Counted from the first letter of the stretch, positions 46,949 through 58,189 are shown. The stretch: 64,000 nucleotides of DNA from Candidatus Sumerlaeales bacterium (GCA_038243585.1 JBBSQY010000007.1:33445-97444), one strand, 5' to 3'. Program-made: numbers and translations. The notes: generated from the letters alone by a model not told the origin.

Positions 46949-48535
46949 ATGCGTAAGCCAATCATAATAACTGCCATGCTGGCGTTGGCGACGGCCGGAG
47001 CGGTGGCTCAGACGACTACTGGTACAGAAACAGGCAGCACGAAACAATACGACGTAATCGTTTACGGCGGCACCGGGGGCGGCGTGGCTGCGGCCATTGC
47101 GGCCGCGCGGGAAGGCAGCAGTGTCGCGCTGCTGGAGCCGACGAAACACATCGGCGGCATGGTGACCGGCGGACTTGGACGGACGGATTTCGGCAACAAA
47201 AAGTGCATCGGTGGCATGGCCCTGGAGTTTTACCAGCGCATCGGCAAGCATTACAACAGATCGATCGAGTGGTATCCAGAACCTCACGTGGCGGAAGAAA
47301 CGCTGACGGCGATGTTGAAAGAGGCGAACGTTCCTGTGTTTTTCGAGCACCGGTTGCTGGAGAACAACGGCGTGACGACGGAACCAGGACGCATTAAATC
47401 CATCACGATGGAAAACGGTGCGGTATTTAGCGGCAAGGTGTTCGCGGATTGCAGCTATGAAGGCGACCTCATGGCAAAATCCGGCGTAAGCTATACCTAT
47501 GGCCGCGAGAGCGACGATCAGTATGATGAGCCGCTGGCTGGGGTACGCGAGCGGACCCCTCATCATCAGTTCACTGTAAAAGTGAAGGCGCGGGATGAAA
47601 ACGGTAAACTGCTGCCGCAAATCCAGGCCGGCCCAAAGGGTCAGGCGGGTCAGGCGGATAAGAAGGTCCAGGCGTATAATTTCCGTATGTGCATGACAAC
47701 CGCAACGGCCAACAAGGTTCCGTTTCCAAAACCTGAGAATTATGATCCGGCCCGGTTTGAACTGCTTGCGAAGATGATCGAAGCATGGGAAAAGGAAAAA
47801 GGCGCTCCGCCGAAAGTGAATGAGCTGATGGATCCGGGCAGAATTTCAAATTTTAAAACGGACACGAACAACAACAAGGCTTTTTCAACGGATCACATCG
47901 GCGGCAGCTGGACTTACCCGGACGCAACCTACGCGGAGCGTGACGAGATCTGGCAGGATCATTACGACTACCAGGCTGGGTTCATGTACTTCCTGGCGAA
48001 CGACGAGCGGGTTCCGCAGGTGCTGCGCGATGAGATGAACACCTGGGGTCTGGCCAAAGATGAGTTTTTGGACACAAACCACTGGCCGCGTCAGCTATAT
48101 GTGCGTGAAGGTCGGCGCATGGTCAGCGATTTTGTGATGGCGCAGCGGGACATCCAAACGTCGCGGACCAAGAATGACGTGATCGGCATGGGCAGCTATA
48201 ACAGCGACAGCCACAACGTGCAGCGCTTTGAAAATGCAGAGGGTTTTGCGGAAAACGAAGGCGACATGCAGGTCAGTGTGAAGCCTTACCAAATCCCGTA
48301 TCGGATCATGGTTCCAAAGAAAGCAGAGATTCAGAACCTGCTCGCGCCGGTAACAATGTCCGCCAGCCACGTTGCCTACAGCACTGTGCGCATGGAGCCG
48401 CAGTACATGATACTCGGCCAGGCAGCCGGCGTCGCCGCGACTATGGCGGCAAAGAACGACGTAGCCGTGCAGGATGTGGACCCGGCAGCCCTTACGGCCA
48501 GGTTGCGCGAGCTAAAGGCTGTGCTGGAATTGTAA
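46949..48535 (+). CDS. Secreted FAD-dependent oxidoreductase (FAD_oxidored family)
   Basis: DVIVYGGTGGG, DCSYEGDL, QAYNFR, YVREGRR and SASHVAYSTVRMEP motifs. Confidence 0.9.
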   Translation: MRKPIIITAMLALATAGAVAQTTTGTETGSTKQYDVIVYGGTGGGVAAAIAAAREGSSVALLEPTKHIGGMVTGGLGRTDFGNKKCIGGMALEFYQRIGKHYNRSIEWYPEPHVAEETLTAMLKEANVPVFFEHRLLENNGVTTEPGRIKSITMENGAVFSGKVFADCSYEGDLMAKSGVSYTYGRESDDQYDEPLAGVRERTPHHQFTVKVKARDENGKLLPQIQAGPKGQAGQADKKVQAYNFRMCMTTATANKVPFPKPENYDPARFELLAKMIEAWEKEKGAPPKVNELMDPGRISNFKTDTNNNKAFSTDHIGGSWTYPDATYAERDEIWQDHYDYQAGFMYFLANDERVPQVLRDEMNTWGLAKDEFLDTNHWPRQLYVREGRRMVSDFVMAQRDIQTSRTKNDVIGMGSYNSDSHNVQRFENAEGFAENEGDMQVSVKPYQIPYRIMVPKKAEIQNLLAPVTMSASHVAYSTVRMEPQYMILGQAAGVAATMAAKNDVAVQDVDPAALTARLRELKAVLEL

Positions 48536-48652
48536 TTCTGCGCATAATCACAAAGATGTAAAGGCGTTGTGTCCAATTTGTCCTGCGTTTTTCGTTGTCT
48601 TATTGAACGACCAATTTGTTGATCACCAGATCAACCCAGAGGGAAGATTGAT

Positions 48653-49060
48653 ATGGATAAGCAGGACAAAAGCTCGGAGTATTTGCTGCTGTTCAAAGGC
48701 GGAGACTGGAAAGATAGCATGTCTCCGCAGGAACTGCAGGATGTCATGGGTCAGTGGATGGCCTGGTTTGAGCGCTGGACAGATAAAGGCGTCGTAAAGG
48801 GTGGTCAGCCGCTGCGCAGCGAAGGTCGAGTTGTGACCGGCAAGGCGGACGGTTCCGTGTCCGATGGTCCGTTCGCGGAATCAAAAGAGGCCATCGGCGG
48901 CTACTTCCTGCTAAGCGGAGTCAGCCTGGAGGAAGCGCTGGAAGTTGCGCGGGAGTGTCCGACGTTGAGATACGGGCTGACTGTAGAGGTGCGGCCTCTG
49001 GCAGAGATTTGCCCGATAATGGAACACCTGAACGAGCTGGCGGCAGGCGCAACGGCCTGA
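48653..49060 (+). CDS. YciI/DGPF-family protein
   Basis: DGPFAESKEAIGGY, VEVRP; upstream of an ECF sigma factor. Confidence 0.9.
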   Translation: MDKQDKSSEYLLLFKGGDWKDSMSPQELQDVMGQWMAWFERWTDKGVVKGGQPLRSEGRVVTGKADGSVSDGPFAESKEAIGGYFLLSGVSLEEALEVARECPTLRYGLTVEVRPLAEICPIMEHLNELAAGATA

Positions 49061-49064
49061 ACCA

Positions 49065-50369
49065 GTGAGCGTAACGAATACAAAAAAAGATGCTCCGCCC
49101 GCCGGGCAAGTTGCCGGCCTGGCGGAGCATCTTTTTCGTGAGGAATACGGCAAGCTGGTTTCTGTGCTCACGCGCATCTTCGGCATTGATCGGCTACAGC
49201 TTGCGGAAGACGTGGTGCAGGAAGCGCTTGCGCGCGCCATGCAGACATGGCCCTACCATGGAGTCCCTGCCAATCCCGCCGGCTGGCTCACATTAACGGC
49301 AAAAAATATGGCCTTGGACGCAATGCGGCGCGACAAGGTTTTTCGCAGCAAGGAGCAGGATATTGCAGCGTCGCTGGAGGCATGGTCTCAGGGGGCAGTG
49401 GCCGGCGATTCTGTACGCCTTGAAAAGGAAATCAGCGATAATACGCTGCGGCTGATGTTTGCGTGCTGCCATCCTCTTATCGCCCAGGAGACGCAGACGG
49501 CGCTGGCATTGAAAACCCTTTGCGGATTCAGCGTGGCCGAAATAGCAAAAGCTTTTTTAACAACGGAAGCGGCAATCGCCAAGAGGCTGACGCGGGCAAA
49601 GCACACGATTCGTGAGTTGAATATTCCGTTTGAGATTCCAGCGGGTCAGGATATCGCGGAGCGCCTCAACGGCGTGTTGCAAACACTTTACCTGCTCTTT
49701 AATGAGGGATATAAAGCATCCAGCGGAGAGAACCTGCTCAGGGAAGATTTGTGCTTTGAAGCCATTCGTCTTACGACTCTCCTCGCGCAGCATCCGATCG
49801 GTAATCAGCCCCATGTTCATGCGCTGCTTGCGCTGATGCTGTTAAATGGCGGGCGACTCGCTTCGCGGATCGATGCGGCGGGTCATTTGCTTCGCCTGCG
49901 GGAACAGGATCGGACTCACTGGAATAGCAATATGATCGGGCGTGGACTCATCCATTTGGGTCAGTCGACTACGGGTGATGAGCTAAGCGAGTATCACCTT
50001 CAGGCGGGGATAGCCGCCTGTCACTGCATGGCCGCCGATTATGAATCGACCAACTGGCGGAGAATTCTGTCGCTGTATGATCTCTGGATGACAATAAACG
50101 ATTCGCCGATAATCGCTCTGAATCGCGCTGTTGCGGTAGCCAACGTTCATGGACCGGATAAGGGCGTTGAGGCCGTGGCCGCCATCAAGAGCACGCGTCC
50201 TCTGGAAACATACTATCTGCACTACGCGGTGCTTGCCGAATTCGAGACCCAACGAGGCAATTTCGCAGTCGCTATTGGCCATCTTCACAAGGCGATTGAG
50301 TTTACAGAAGTCAGTTCAGAACGGGCGTTCCTGCGTAATCGCCTGCGGGAATGTGAGCTGCGCACATAA
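49065..50369 (+). CDS. ECF sigma factor with C-terminal TPR extension (ECF42-like)
   Basis: AEDVVQEA, LRLMFACCHP, YLLFNEGY, YHLQAGIAACH and LNRAVA motifs. Confidence 0.9.
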   Translation: MSVTNTKKDAPPAGQVAGLAEHLFREEYGKLVSVLTRIFGIDRLQLAEDVVQEALARAMQTWPYHGVPANPAGWLTLTAKNMALDAMRRDKVFRSKEQDIAASLEAWSQGAVAGDSVRLEKEISDNTLRLMFACCHPLIAQETQTALALKTLCGFSVAEIAKAFLTTEAAIAKRLTRAKHTIRELNIPFEIPAGQDIAERLNGVLQTLYLLFNEGYKASSGENLLREDLCFEAIRLTTLLAQHPIGNQPHVHALLALMLLNGGRLASRIDAAGHLLRLREQDRTHWNSNMIGRGLIHLGQSTTGDELSEYHLQAGIAACHCMAADYESTNWRRILSLYDLWMTINDSPIIALNRAVAVANVHGPDKGVEAVAAIKSTRPLETYYLHYAVLAEFETQRGNFAVAIGHLHKAIEFTEVSSERAFLRNRLRECELRT

Positions 50370-50414
50370 GACTGGTAGGCAGGGGACACCGGCTCATGGT
50401 GCCCCCCGCATTCG

Positions 50415-52652
50415 TTATTTCTTAAAAGGCGGAGGAAAGGGCTTGTCCTGATCCGACACACGAACAACTACGCCCCGAATTTTCCCGTTAAATTTAAAAT
50501 CATCCGCGTACTCGCCTACTTGGCCCGCAGGGTCGTTTCCGACGGTCAGGCCTTCTTGCGGCGTTTGCGAGATACCACCCGGAACGTTACTGAGTCGGTC
50601 TTTGCCTTTCGTCTTGGCGATTCGCAGACTCATCGTGCCGTCCATTTTTAATTCCGCGGAGATCCGCGCTTTCACGCCTGTCTCTAAGGCCGTTTCCGAC
50701 TGGATGCTGTAGAGTTTTCCTTCATTGCGAAACGCGAACGCCGGCTTTCCATCTATGCTATAAAGCGCATAGCCGAACAGGCTGCCACCCTGGCTGATAA
50801 TAACGCCCTGATCGCCCCACTCGTCGACTTTGGCCACCACGCGGATTTCGCGACCAGCCAGCGGAGGGCGTTCACTTCCCTCCAGCGTATCGCCCGCCTT
50901 TAATTGAAAAACCGTCGTCGTCGTCACGTCCTCGTCCTCATCCTCGGCATGGCCACCGTCCCTGTCTTTTTCCCAGGTGCCCAGGGGAAGCACGTCGTTC
51001 TTCTTAGCCCATTCGTCCCATTGGGACGCCATGGTCTTTACGATGTCGGGGTGCTGCTCGGCGAGGTTGTTCATCTCCGCGCGATCTTTATCCATGTCAT
51101 AAAGCTCCCATGGGCCCATGCCCAGGGTCACAATTTTCCATTTGCCGTCGCGCACGGCGCGGTTGCTCTCATGCTCCCAGAAGATAGGCGCGCCACGATC
51201 AAACTTATCCGCCTGCAGAAGCGGAAGTAGGCTTACGCCGGCAAGAGGCGCGATCCGATTGCCATTGTAGGTTTGCGGATAGCTCGTGCCAGCGGCGTCA
51301 ACCACCGTCGCCATAACGTCGATCAGATGGCCGGGCTCACGGACAAGGCTGTTGTCCAGTTTATCCGGCACCCCACCGGGCCAGTGGACGATCAGGGGCG
51401 TCGCGATGCCGCCCTCGTGGGTGTAATGTTTGTATTGCCTGAATGGGGTGTCAGAAACGTTGGCCCAGTTTTCCCCATAAGAATTATAGGTATCCGCTGC
51501 GCCGGCCATCACGTCCGTTCCTGTCTTCACAGGGCGCCCGTCGCGAGTCTGCATGGGCGGCCATATTTTCTTTTGCAGGTCGTCCGGTCCCATGGGTTTC
51601 AGATCGTTAGGATAGTCGTCGCGGTTTTCCCGGCCAATGGTTTCCGCGCATCCGCCGTTGTCCTGCATATACATGATCAAAGTGTTCGACAGTAGGTCAT
51701 CGGCCTTCAACTTTTCGACAACCCGCCCGATTCCGGTATCCATGCGGGTAATCATGGCCGCATAGGTTTCCATGGTACGCGCTTCCCAGGGTTTGTTTTC
51801 CACTGCGGACCAATCGCCGACCGTCGGCGACCATTGCAGATCCTGCGAAACAATGCCCAGCTTCTTCATTTTTTCGAATCGCGCCTGGCGTACGGATTCA
51901 TAACCCGCGTCGTACTTGCCTTTCTGCTTTGCGATTTCCTCCGCGGGCGCGTGCAGGGGCCAGTGGGCGGCCGTATAGGCCATGTACATAAAGAACGGCT
52001 TGTCCGGGGCTTCCTTCTGGTGCTCGTCTACAAATTTGATGGCGTTATCGGTGATGGCGTCAGTGAAATAGTAATTATCCGGTTTGTACTCAGGATCGTT
52101 TTCAACGGTTATAAATTTATTTCCGCGGCAGAGCGTGGCGGGATCGTAATAGCTGCTGGCGCCGGTGATGATACCGTAATATTTTTGAAAGCCGCGCTGC
52201 ATTGGCCACGAAACTTTAGAGCCGTTGGGAGATATGGCTCGGGCGACATGCCATTTGCCGACCATATAGGTGCTGTAGCCTGACTGTTTTAATACTTCTG
52301 CCATGGTCATGCTGTCCGTCGATAAGCGATCCGTGTATCCGGGATTGCCTGTTTGAGTAAGCATATGCCCTATCCCCGCCTGGTGAGGATAAAGCCCGGT
52401 GAGGAGTGAGGCCCGGGAAGGGCAGCAACGGGCTACGTTATAAAACTGCGTAAAGCGCACGCCTTCGCCGGCCAGCTTGTCGAGGTTGGGCGTTTCAATT
52501 TCGCCGCCATAGCTTCCGACATCAGAGAAGCCAACGTCGTCGCTCATGATGACAATGATATTTGGGCGTTCGGCCGCAGCGGAGCCCTGCTGAGGCGCGG
52601 AGGCAAAAACCAGCGCAGATGCCGCCGTATATAAAAGCCACAGGTTCTTCAT
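50415..52652 (-). CDS. Arylsulfatase with C-terminal LamG-like domain
   Basis: Signal peptide; DDVG, CCPSRASLLTG (formylglycine motif), GKWH, AHWPLH. Confidence 0.92.
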   Translation of the reverse strand: MKNLWLLYTAASALVFASAPQQGSAAAERPNIIVIMSDDVGFSDVGSYGGEIETPNLDKLAGEGVRFTQFYNVARCCPSRASLLTGLYPHQAGIGHMLTQTGNPGYTDRLSTDSMTMAEVLKQSGYSTYMVGKWHVARAISPNGSKVSWPMQRGFQKYYGIITGASSYYDPATLCRGNKFITVENDPEYKPDNYYFTDAITDNAIKFVDEHQKEAPDKPFFMYMAYTAAHWPLHAPAEEIAKQKGKYDAGYESVRQARFEKMKKLGIVSQDLQWSPTVGDWSAVENKPWEARTMETYAAMITRMDTGIGRVVEKLKADDLLSNTLIMYMQDNGGCAETIGRENRDDYPNDLKPMGPDDLQKKIWPPMQTRDGRPVKTGTDVMAGAADTYNSYGENWANVSDTPFRQYKHYTHEGGIATPLIVHWPGGVPDKLDNSLVREPGHLIDVMATVVDAAGTSYPQTYNGNRIAPLAGVSLLPLLQADKFDRGAPIFWEHESNRAVRDGKWKIVTLGMGPWELYDMDKDRAEMNNLAEQHPDIVKTMASQWDEWAKKNDVLPLGTWEKDRDGGHAEDEDEDVTTTTVFQLKAGDTLEGSERPPLAGREIRVVAKVDEWGDQGVIISQGGSLFGYALYSIDGKPAFAFRNEGKLYSIQSETALETGVKARISAELKMDGTMSLRIAKTKGKDRLSNVPGGISQTPQEGLTVGNDPAGQVGEYADDFKFNGKIRGVVVRVSDQDKPFPPPFKK

Positions 52653-52830
52653 TTGGATTCTCACTTGTCTGCCACCACTCCTGGTCTGGTTTCCAAAACG
52701 TTATTGCGTTTCCGAAGTCGGATGAAACAAATTTCAAGCTATCAATGCTTCAGGTACAATCAGAGGAATTTCCCATTAAATGTTTCTGGGATAATCCAAA
52801 AACAACACCCCGAAAAATAAGGATATTTGT

Positions 52831-55644
52831 ATGATAAAAAGCCATCTTAAAGCATCGGTTCTGGCGAGCTCGTTTCTTATTTCGTCAGGAGCCCGGGCGA
52901 CCCTGCCCGCCGGCTGGACCGCCGACGCCCACCCCAGCGCCACCATCACCATGGCGTCAGATCATGCGGTTTCTATAACGTCTCCCAACAATGTCCATGC
53001 CCATATTGAGCGCGACTTCAATCATGCGACGCCGGTTCGGGTTTCCGCCGCTATCAGATCCCCGGAAGTGGCAGATTGGGCACCATCCCTGTTTCTCTAC
53101 TGGCAGCCCGGCACCTGGCTTCGCATCGGTTATTTGAGCGCCCACGACACTTATCACGTGAACGGTCCCGGCGTCTACGGTGTCATATCCCGTGAAGGTG
53201 CTTCCCCAATCAGCTATCGCCTGACGACTACCTCCAGCAGCGACTGGACGTATAACACGGACCATGGCGGACTCGACAAAGCTTCGGCAGACAGCCGACC
53301 TCATTACATGGCGATAGTGTTGACGGACGACGTTATCCATTTTCAGGTCAGCGACGACGGTGCAGTCTGGAATACCGTGCGCACCGTTGACCGCAACAGT
53401 GGAATGGCAGGTACGCCCGCAAAGTTAATTGTGGGCAAGGGCTATTATGAGGCCGGAACACATCCGGCGGCGGACCTTGATAATGACTACAGCGATCCCG
53501 GTCCCATGGTAGATGTGCAGATTACTGACTTAACCATTGAACCAGTGTCCGCAGCCGACTTGAAACAGGCCGCTGTGCCCGGTGAATACTTCCGCGACGT
53601 CTACGGCGAGCGAGAACTGGCTAAGCCCGGCGATCCGACGTTTGAATCTGTAGCCAGTCACTGGCCGCCCCTGCTCTATCCGCGAGATGCTATTGGGGTG
53701 GCGAATCATCCCGAAGAGTTTTCCATTCTCCCTAACGGCGTCATTGGCGCATGGCCGAATCACCTGCTTTATCCTAAAAACCACGACGCCCGCCGGGCAT
53801 GGTTTGTCCTTGGAGACGAGGGCCACCGATTCGGTGGCGAAACCACTGTTACGCGGAAACTGGCGGCTGGCTGGCTGCCCATTCTGACATGTGGGTACGA
53901 CCACGACGGACTCAAGTATGAGCAAACTATAGCTGCCTGGTCAGAGGGAATGAGCGCGGACACGCCCCTGATCGGACTGGTGCGAATGACCGTTCGAAAC
54001 GAGCAGAAGCAGTCGGCCAGCTCCCGCCTTGCATTCTTTGCGGAGCACGAGAAAAAAGATATCGCAGTGTGGGAGAAGATGACCATTCCCGCTGGCGGCG
54101 AACAGACCGTATGGCTGGAGATTGACTTTCCCAATGGCAGCGACAAACCCATAACCGGCAGAAAAATTGACCAGGGTACTTACGACAAAAAGACGTCCGA
54201 AGTTTCTGATGCCTGGACAAAATTGATCGGTGAAGGGATGCAGATTTCCGTACCCGAAGAGCGCATCATGAATGCCTGGCGCGCATGGCAGGTTTGGATG
54301 CTCAGCGATGTTGACAAGGTCAACGGCCAGCTGGAATTCCACGACGGCGGCGGTGGATTTTACGAACTGGTTTACGGATTCAGCGCCGCCCGCGCCGCGG
54401 AAATGGCCGACCAGATCAACAGACCCTCCGCGGCCCGCGCGTGGCTGGAGGCTATGCTGTCCATGGGCGACAAGGATGGATTGCATGTCATTAATTTCGG
54501 ACTGCCGGACCAGGGCTCTTTAATGAATGCGGTGGTCCACCATTACCGCTATTCCAGGGATAAGGAATGGCTGAAGAAGGTTGCTCCATCCCTTCTGAAA
54601 ATGAGCCAATGGTCACGCAACGCCCGCGTTCAGGCCAAGGCGGAAACCCCAACGACAAGCCCTGCTTACGGCATGATAAAGGCCCGGCCCTATTGCGATC
54701 ATCCCGATCCCGGATTCTATCTCATCTCAGACGTCCTACTGGCCACGGGTCTGCAAAATGTTGCGAGGGCACTGGCTGGCATCGGTATGGAGGACGATGC
54801 AAAATGGATTGCCGCCGAAGGCGAAGCCTATGCCGCCGACCTGCGCGATATCATCAAAAAGTCCGTGTTTACCGTGGACAATATGGAACTATTGCCCCTT
54901 TTCCCCGAAACAAAGGAATTGCTGCGCGCGACCGGCTGGATGGCCAGCGATTACTACAGCCTCTGCGTCACGTCCCTTCTGGAATCCGGCGGCGACATAC
55001 TTCCTCATGACTCTCGTTACGCACAAAACATAGTGGAATCTCTGGAGCAACGCGGCGGCCTTCTAATGGGCGTTTCAAAGTTCTGGGGCGGCATCGATCA
55101 TGCCTACACCGCCGGCTACTGGGCCAATCGTCTGCGCCACGGTGAACCGGAAAAGGCGCTTCTTGGCCTCTACGCATCCATGGCCTACGGCATGTCTCAA
55201 GACACCTTTGCATCGGTTGAAGTGACGTTTGCCAAAGACGGAAAGAACTTTCCGACTCTCCCTCACAACTACTCCAATCTTGAACAGATCCGGCTCGTGC
55301 GAAACCTGCTTGTTGATGAAGTTGGGGATGTGGTAGTGCTGGGTTCAGGCATAGCCCGCCACTGGCTGAAACAGGGAGAGAGCGTGGAAGTAAAGAATGC
55401 CGGAACACGATGGGGAACAGTCTCTTACCGGATAACCTCTCAAATCGACAGCCAGAAAATCCAGGTGACTCTATCGGCTCCGGAAGAAGCACCTCCCGGC
55501 GGCATCAAAATCGTCCTTCGCCATCCGGATGAAACGCTTCTAAAAGATGTGATCGTCACCGGGGCAGAGATCGCGGAAAAAGGCAATGACTACATACTAT
55601 TGAAAAACGCCGCAGGCGACGTAAAGATGGAAGCTTCCTACTGA
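52831..55644 (+). CDS. Large secreted putative glycoside hydrolase (beta-sandwich plus (alpha/alpha)6-like domain)
   Basis: Signal peptide; HYRYSRDKEWL, LPHNYS and GIARHWL.QG...V.NAGTRWG.VS patterns typical of six-hairpin glycosidase-like proteins. Confidence 0.6.
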   Translation: MIKSHLKASVLASSFLISSGARATLPAGWTADAHPSATITMASDHAVSITSPNNVHAHIERDFNHATPVRVSAAIRSPEVADWAPSLFLYWQPGTWLRIGYLSAHDTYHVNGPGVYGVISREGASPISYRLTTTSSSDWTYNTDHGGLDKASADSRPHYMAIVLTDDVIHFQVSDDGAVWNTVRTVDRNSGMAGTPAKLIVGKGYYEAGTHPAADLDNDYSDPGPMVDVQITDLTIEPVSAADLKQAAVPGEYFRDVYGERELAKPGDPTFESVASHWPPLLYPRDAIGVANHPEEFSILPNGVIGAWPNHLLYPKNHDARRAWFVLGDEGHRFGGETTVTRKLAAGWLPILTCGYDHDGLKYEQTIAAWSEGMSADTPLIGLVRMTVRNEQKQSASSRLAFFAEHEKKDIAVWEKMTIPAGGEQTVWLEIDFPNGSDKPITGRKIDQGTYDKKTSEVSDAWTKLIGEGMQISVPEERIMNAWRAWQVWMLSDVDKVNGQLEFHDGGGGFYELVYGFSAARAAEMADQINRPSAARAWLEAMLSMGDKDGLHVINFGLPDQGSLMNAVVHHYRYSRDKEWLKKVAPSLLKMSQWSRNARVQAKAETPTTSPAYGMIKARPYCDHPDPGFYLISDVLLATGLQNVARALAGIGMEDDAKWIAAEGEAYAADLRDIIKKSVFTVDNMELLPLFPETKELLRATGWMASDYYSLCVTSLLESGGDILPHDSRYAQNIVESLEQRGGLLMGVSKFWGGIDHAYTAGYWANRLRHGEPEKALLGLYASMAYGMSQDTFASVEVTFAKDGKNFPTLPHNYSNLEQIRLVRNLLVDEVGDVVVLGSGIARHWLKQGESVEVKNAGTRWGTVSYRITSQIDSQKIQVTLSAPEEAPPGGIKIVLRHPDETLLKDVIVTGAEIAEKGNDYILLKNAAGDVKMEASY

Positions 55645-55681
55645 CGCGTTGACAACCAGTAGTCGCGCGGCGGACTTTAAG

Positions 55682-55717
55682 ACTGGCGCGGGCAGTCCCC
55701 GCGCCAGTATATTTTTT
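55682..55717 (+). terminator. Rho-independent terminator
   Basis: ACTGGCGCGGG-CAGTC-CCCGCGCCAGT followed by a T-rich run. Confidence 0.65.
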
Positions 55718-55724
55718 ACAAACG

Positions 55725-55961
55725 TCAGGCTGTCTTTGGTGGGGGCAAAGTTGTTGCCACGACTACAGAGTCAAACTCACACTGCTTATGAGCCCCATCA
55801 CAAAATGGTTTGTTATTCGACTTTCCGCATCGGCATAGCCCAATAGCTTTACGTCCACCCAGGTCATAGCTGTTGCCGCTGCCGTCCTTGATGACGAATT
55901 CGCCGCCGGATATCCTGATCGATCCATTATTGTTTACTGTAATTTCCACAACTTCGCTCAT
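55725..55961 (-). CDS. CDGSH iron-sulfur domain protein
   Basis: LCRCGKSNNKPFCDGAH. Confidence 0.9.
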   Translation of the reverse strand: MSEVVEITVNNNGSIRISGGEFVIKDGSGNSYDLGGRKAIGLCRCGKSNNKPFCDGAHKQCEFDSVVVATTLPPPKTA

Positions 55962-56095
55962 AACTGTCTGCTCTCTTTTTTGCCAACGTGCTATATTAGC
56001 TTTTGTCGTTCTTCCTGCAAATCCCGACCATGCGTCAAGCTTTGAAGTCACATATCATGTTTAAAACGAAGATGCGGCCCGTAATCAAGCCGAAG

Positions 56096-58189
56096 TTAAG
56101 CCGACCTTTCCCGGAGAAGCTTTACCACGCTTGTCATAAATTCATTGCCATTGACCGGCTTGGCCACATGCAGGTCATATCCGGCCTTCAACGCTCGATC
56201 GCGGTCTTCGGGGCGGGCAAACACCGTCACCGCTATTGCAGGCGAGGTCCGGCTGCTGAATTGTGACTGGCGCACCTCGCGGATGAAATCATAGCCGTCT
56301 CTGTCCGGCATTCCGATGTCGCTTATCAGCAGGTCAAAATAGTTTTCTTGGATCAATAAAATTGCATCCGCGACAGACTGGGCCACCTTCACGGACGCCG
56401 CTTGTTTTTCAAACATTCGTCTAAACAAGTCACATACAACAGGATCGTCGTCCACAACCAGCACCTGCAAATCCATAAAGTTTGCCGCTTCAGAATCGCT
56501 GTCGGTCTGCCCGCCCGGAACCGCCGCCTGCGCGTTATCAACCCATGGAAGCCGCACAATAAAAGTTGCTCCCTGTCCTTCGCCCGGACTTTCGACAGAA
56601 ATTTCCCCTCCGTGCAGTTCAACGATGTTCTTGCAGATGGAAAGGCCAAGCCCCAGGCCGCCGGACCTTCGCGTGGTTGAACCATCCGCCTGAGTATACC
56701 TTTCGAACATTAAGGGCAGAAACGAGGCACTGATGCCGAGACCTGTATCAGAAATGCGGATTTCAATAAAATCGTCGATGCGATTTGCCGTCAAGTTCAC
56801 CGCCCCTCCAGACGGCGTAAACTTTACGGCGTTGGAGAAAAGATTCCAGAAAACCTGTTTGAGGCGAGCGGGGTCGCCGGTCATTCTTTTAACGGACGGT
56901 TCTGTCTCAATAGTAATGCGGATTCCCTTGGCCGCCGCCGAAGGCCGAACCGTCTCCAGTGCGATATCCAGAACCTCAGTCAGACTAATTGTTTCCGCGT
57001 CCAGGCGGAATTTGCCCGAAACAATCCGGCTAATGTCCAGCAGATCCTCAATAAGCTCCGCCTGGGCCCTCGCACTTCGTTCGATGGTGAGGAGACCCTT
57101 TTCCAGGTCAGATGCCTCCCGGGAATCTTCCCTGAGAAGCTGCGCCCACCCCAGAATCGCATTCAAAGGAGTGCGAAGTTCATGAGCTAGCAGCGCGAGA
57201 AACTCATCCTTCGCGCGACCCGCCTGCTCGACTTCCGCTCGCGCAGCCCTCTCGCTCACCAGCAATTGTTCGCGCAAGGCTTCCGTCTCTTTCCGTTCGG
57301 TAATATCCATGAAAGAGGTAATCGCGCCGGTCACTTGCCCCTGTCCGTCCTTCAACACGGAAAAATTGACCAGAATCGGCAGCCGAGAACCATCCGGCCG
57401 TTCCATATACATTTCCACGTCACGCTTTGGAATTCCCGTTTGCATCACTTTAAGGACGGGGTGCTCAGCGTCGGGCACCATAGCGCCGTCCGGCAGCCAC
57501 ATTTTTACCGAGCCGCAAGGGGTCTTGGTCCACGTTTCTGGTTCTTTCCCCCAAAGTTCCACCGCTCGCGGGTTATATTGTTGGATCACGCCCTCTTGGT
57601 CACACACGAAAACGCCCATGGGTGACGAGGTAAACAAAGCGCGGTATCGCTGTTCGTGCTCGGCTAATCGTTCTTCTGCCCGCCTCCGCACGTCCATTTC
57701 CTCACGCAGTTGGCCGTTCAGCTTCTCCGCCGCTTCGGTCAGCTCATGCTGGCGCACCGACCCCAGCATCAGCGCCTCGTTCATGGCTATGGTATTTTTG
57801 TGAGCCTTCACGCTCTCGGCGATCTGAATCAATATGTTGGCGACACCGGCTGTTGCCAGCACCGGCCATACGGTATACGACCAGAATAACTTATGAGGGT
57901 GGGCGGGGTCATGCTCTGTGTAGCTTTCCGGTCTGTCCGTTTGCAATACGCGATCAATCATCTTAAAGCACGCATCTTTTTCCGGCATCAACTCGTCGAA
58001 AGGCTTTCCAATGACTTCCGCAAGCGGCATATCCACCAGGCAGCAAAAGGCCGGATTGGCGTAACGGACCAGGTGAGAGTCCCCTTCTACCGTGACAATG
58101 GATAGCGGAGCATGATCGTTAATTGCAAGGCACAGGTCGGGAAAATCTGCCGGCAGATTTCCCGCTATGGGTGGCGGGTTTGTTTTCAT
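56096..58189 (-). CDS. PAS-PAS hybrid sensor histidine kinase/response regulator
   Basis: AHELRTPL, NLFSNAVKF, DTGLG, GGLGLGL; C-terminal receiver SDIGMP. Confidence 0.95.
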   Translation of the reverse strand: MKTNPPPIAGNLPADFPDLCLAINDHAPLSIVTVEGDSHLVRYANPAFCCLVDMPLAEVIGKPFDELMPEKDACFKMIDRVLQTDRPESYTEHDPAHPHKLFWSYTVWPVLATAGVANILIQIAESVKAHKNTIAMNEALMLGSVRQHELTEAAEKLNGQLREEMDVRRRAEERLAEHEQRYRALFTSSPMGVFVCDQEGVIQQYNPRAVELWGKEPETWTKTPCGSVKMWLPDGAMVPDAEHPVLKVMQTGIPKRDVEMYMERPDGSRLPILVNFSVLKDGQGQVTGAITSFMDITERKETEALREQLLVSERAARAEVEQAGRAKDEFLALLAHELRTPLNAILGWAQLLREDSREASDLEKGLLTIERSARAQAELIEDLLDISRIVSGKFRLDAETISLTEVLDIALETVRPSAAAKGIRITIETEPSVKRMTGDPARLKQVFWNLFSNAVKFTPSGGAVNLTANRIDDFIEIRISDTGLGISASFLPLMFERYTQADGSTTRRSGGLGLGLSICKNIVELHGGEISVESPGEGQGATFIVRLPWVDNAQAAVPGGQTDSDSEAANFMDLQVLVVDDDPVVCDLFRRMFEKQAASVKVAQSVADAILLIQENYFDLLISDIGMPDRDGYDFIREVRQSQFSSRTSPAIAVTVFARPEDRDRALKAGYDLHVAKPVNGNEFMTSVVKLLRERSA

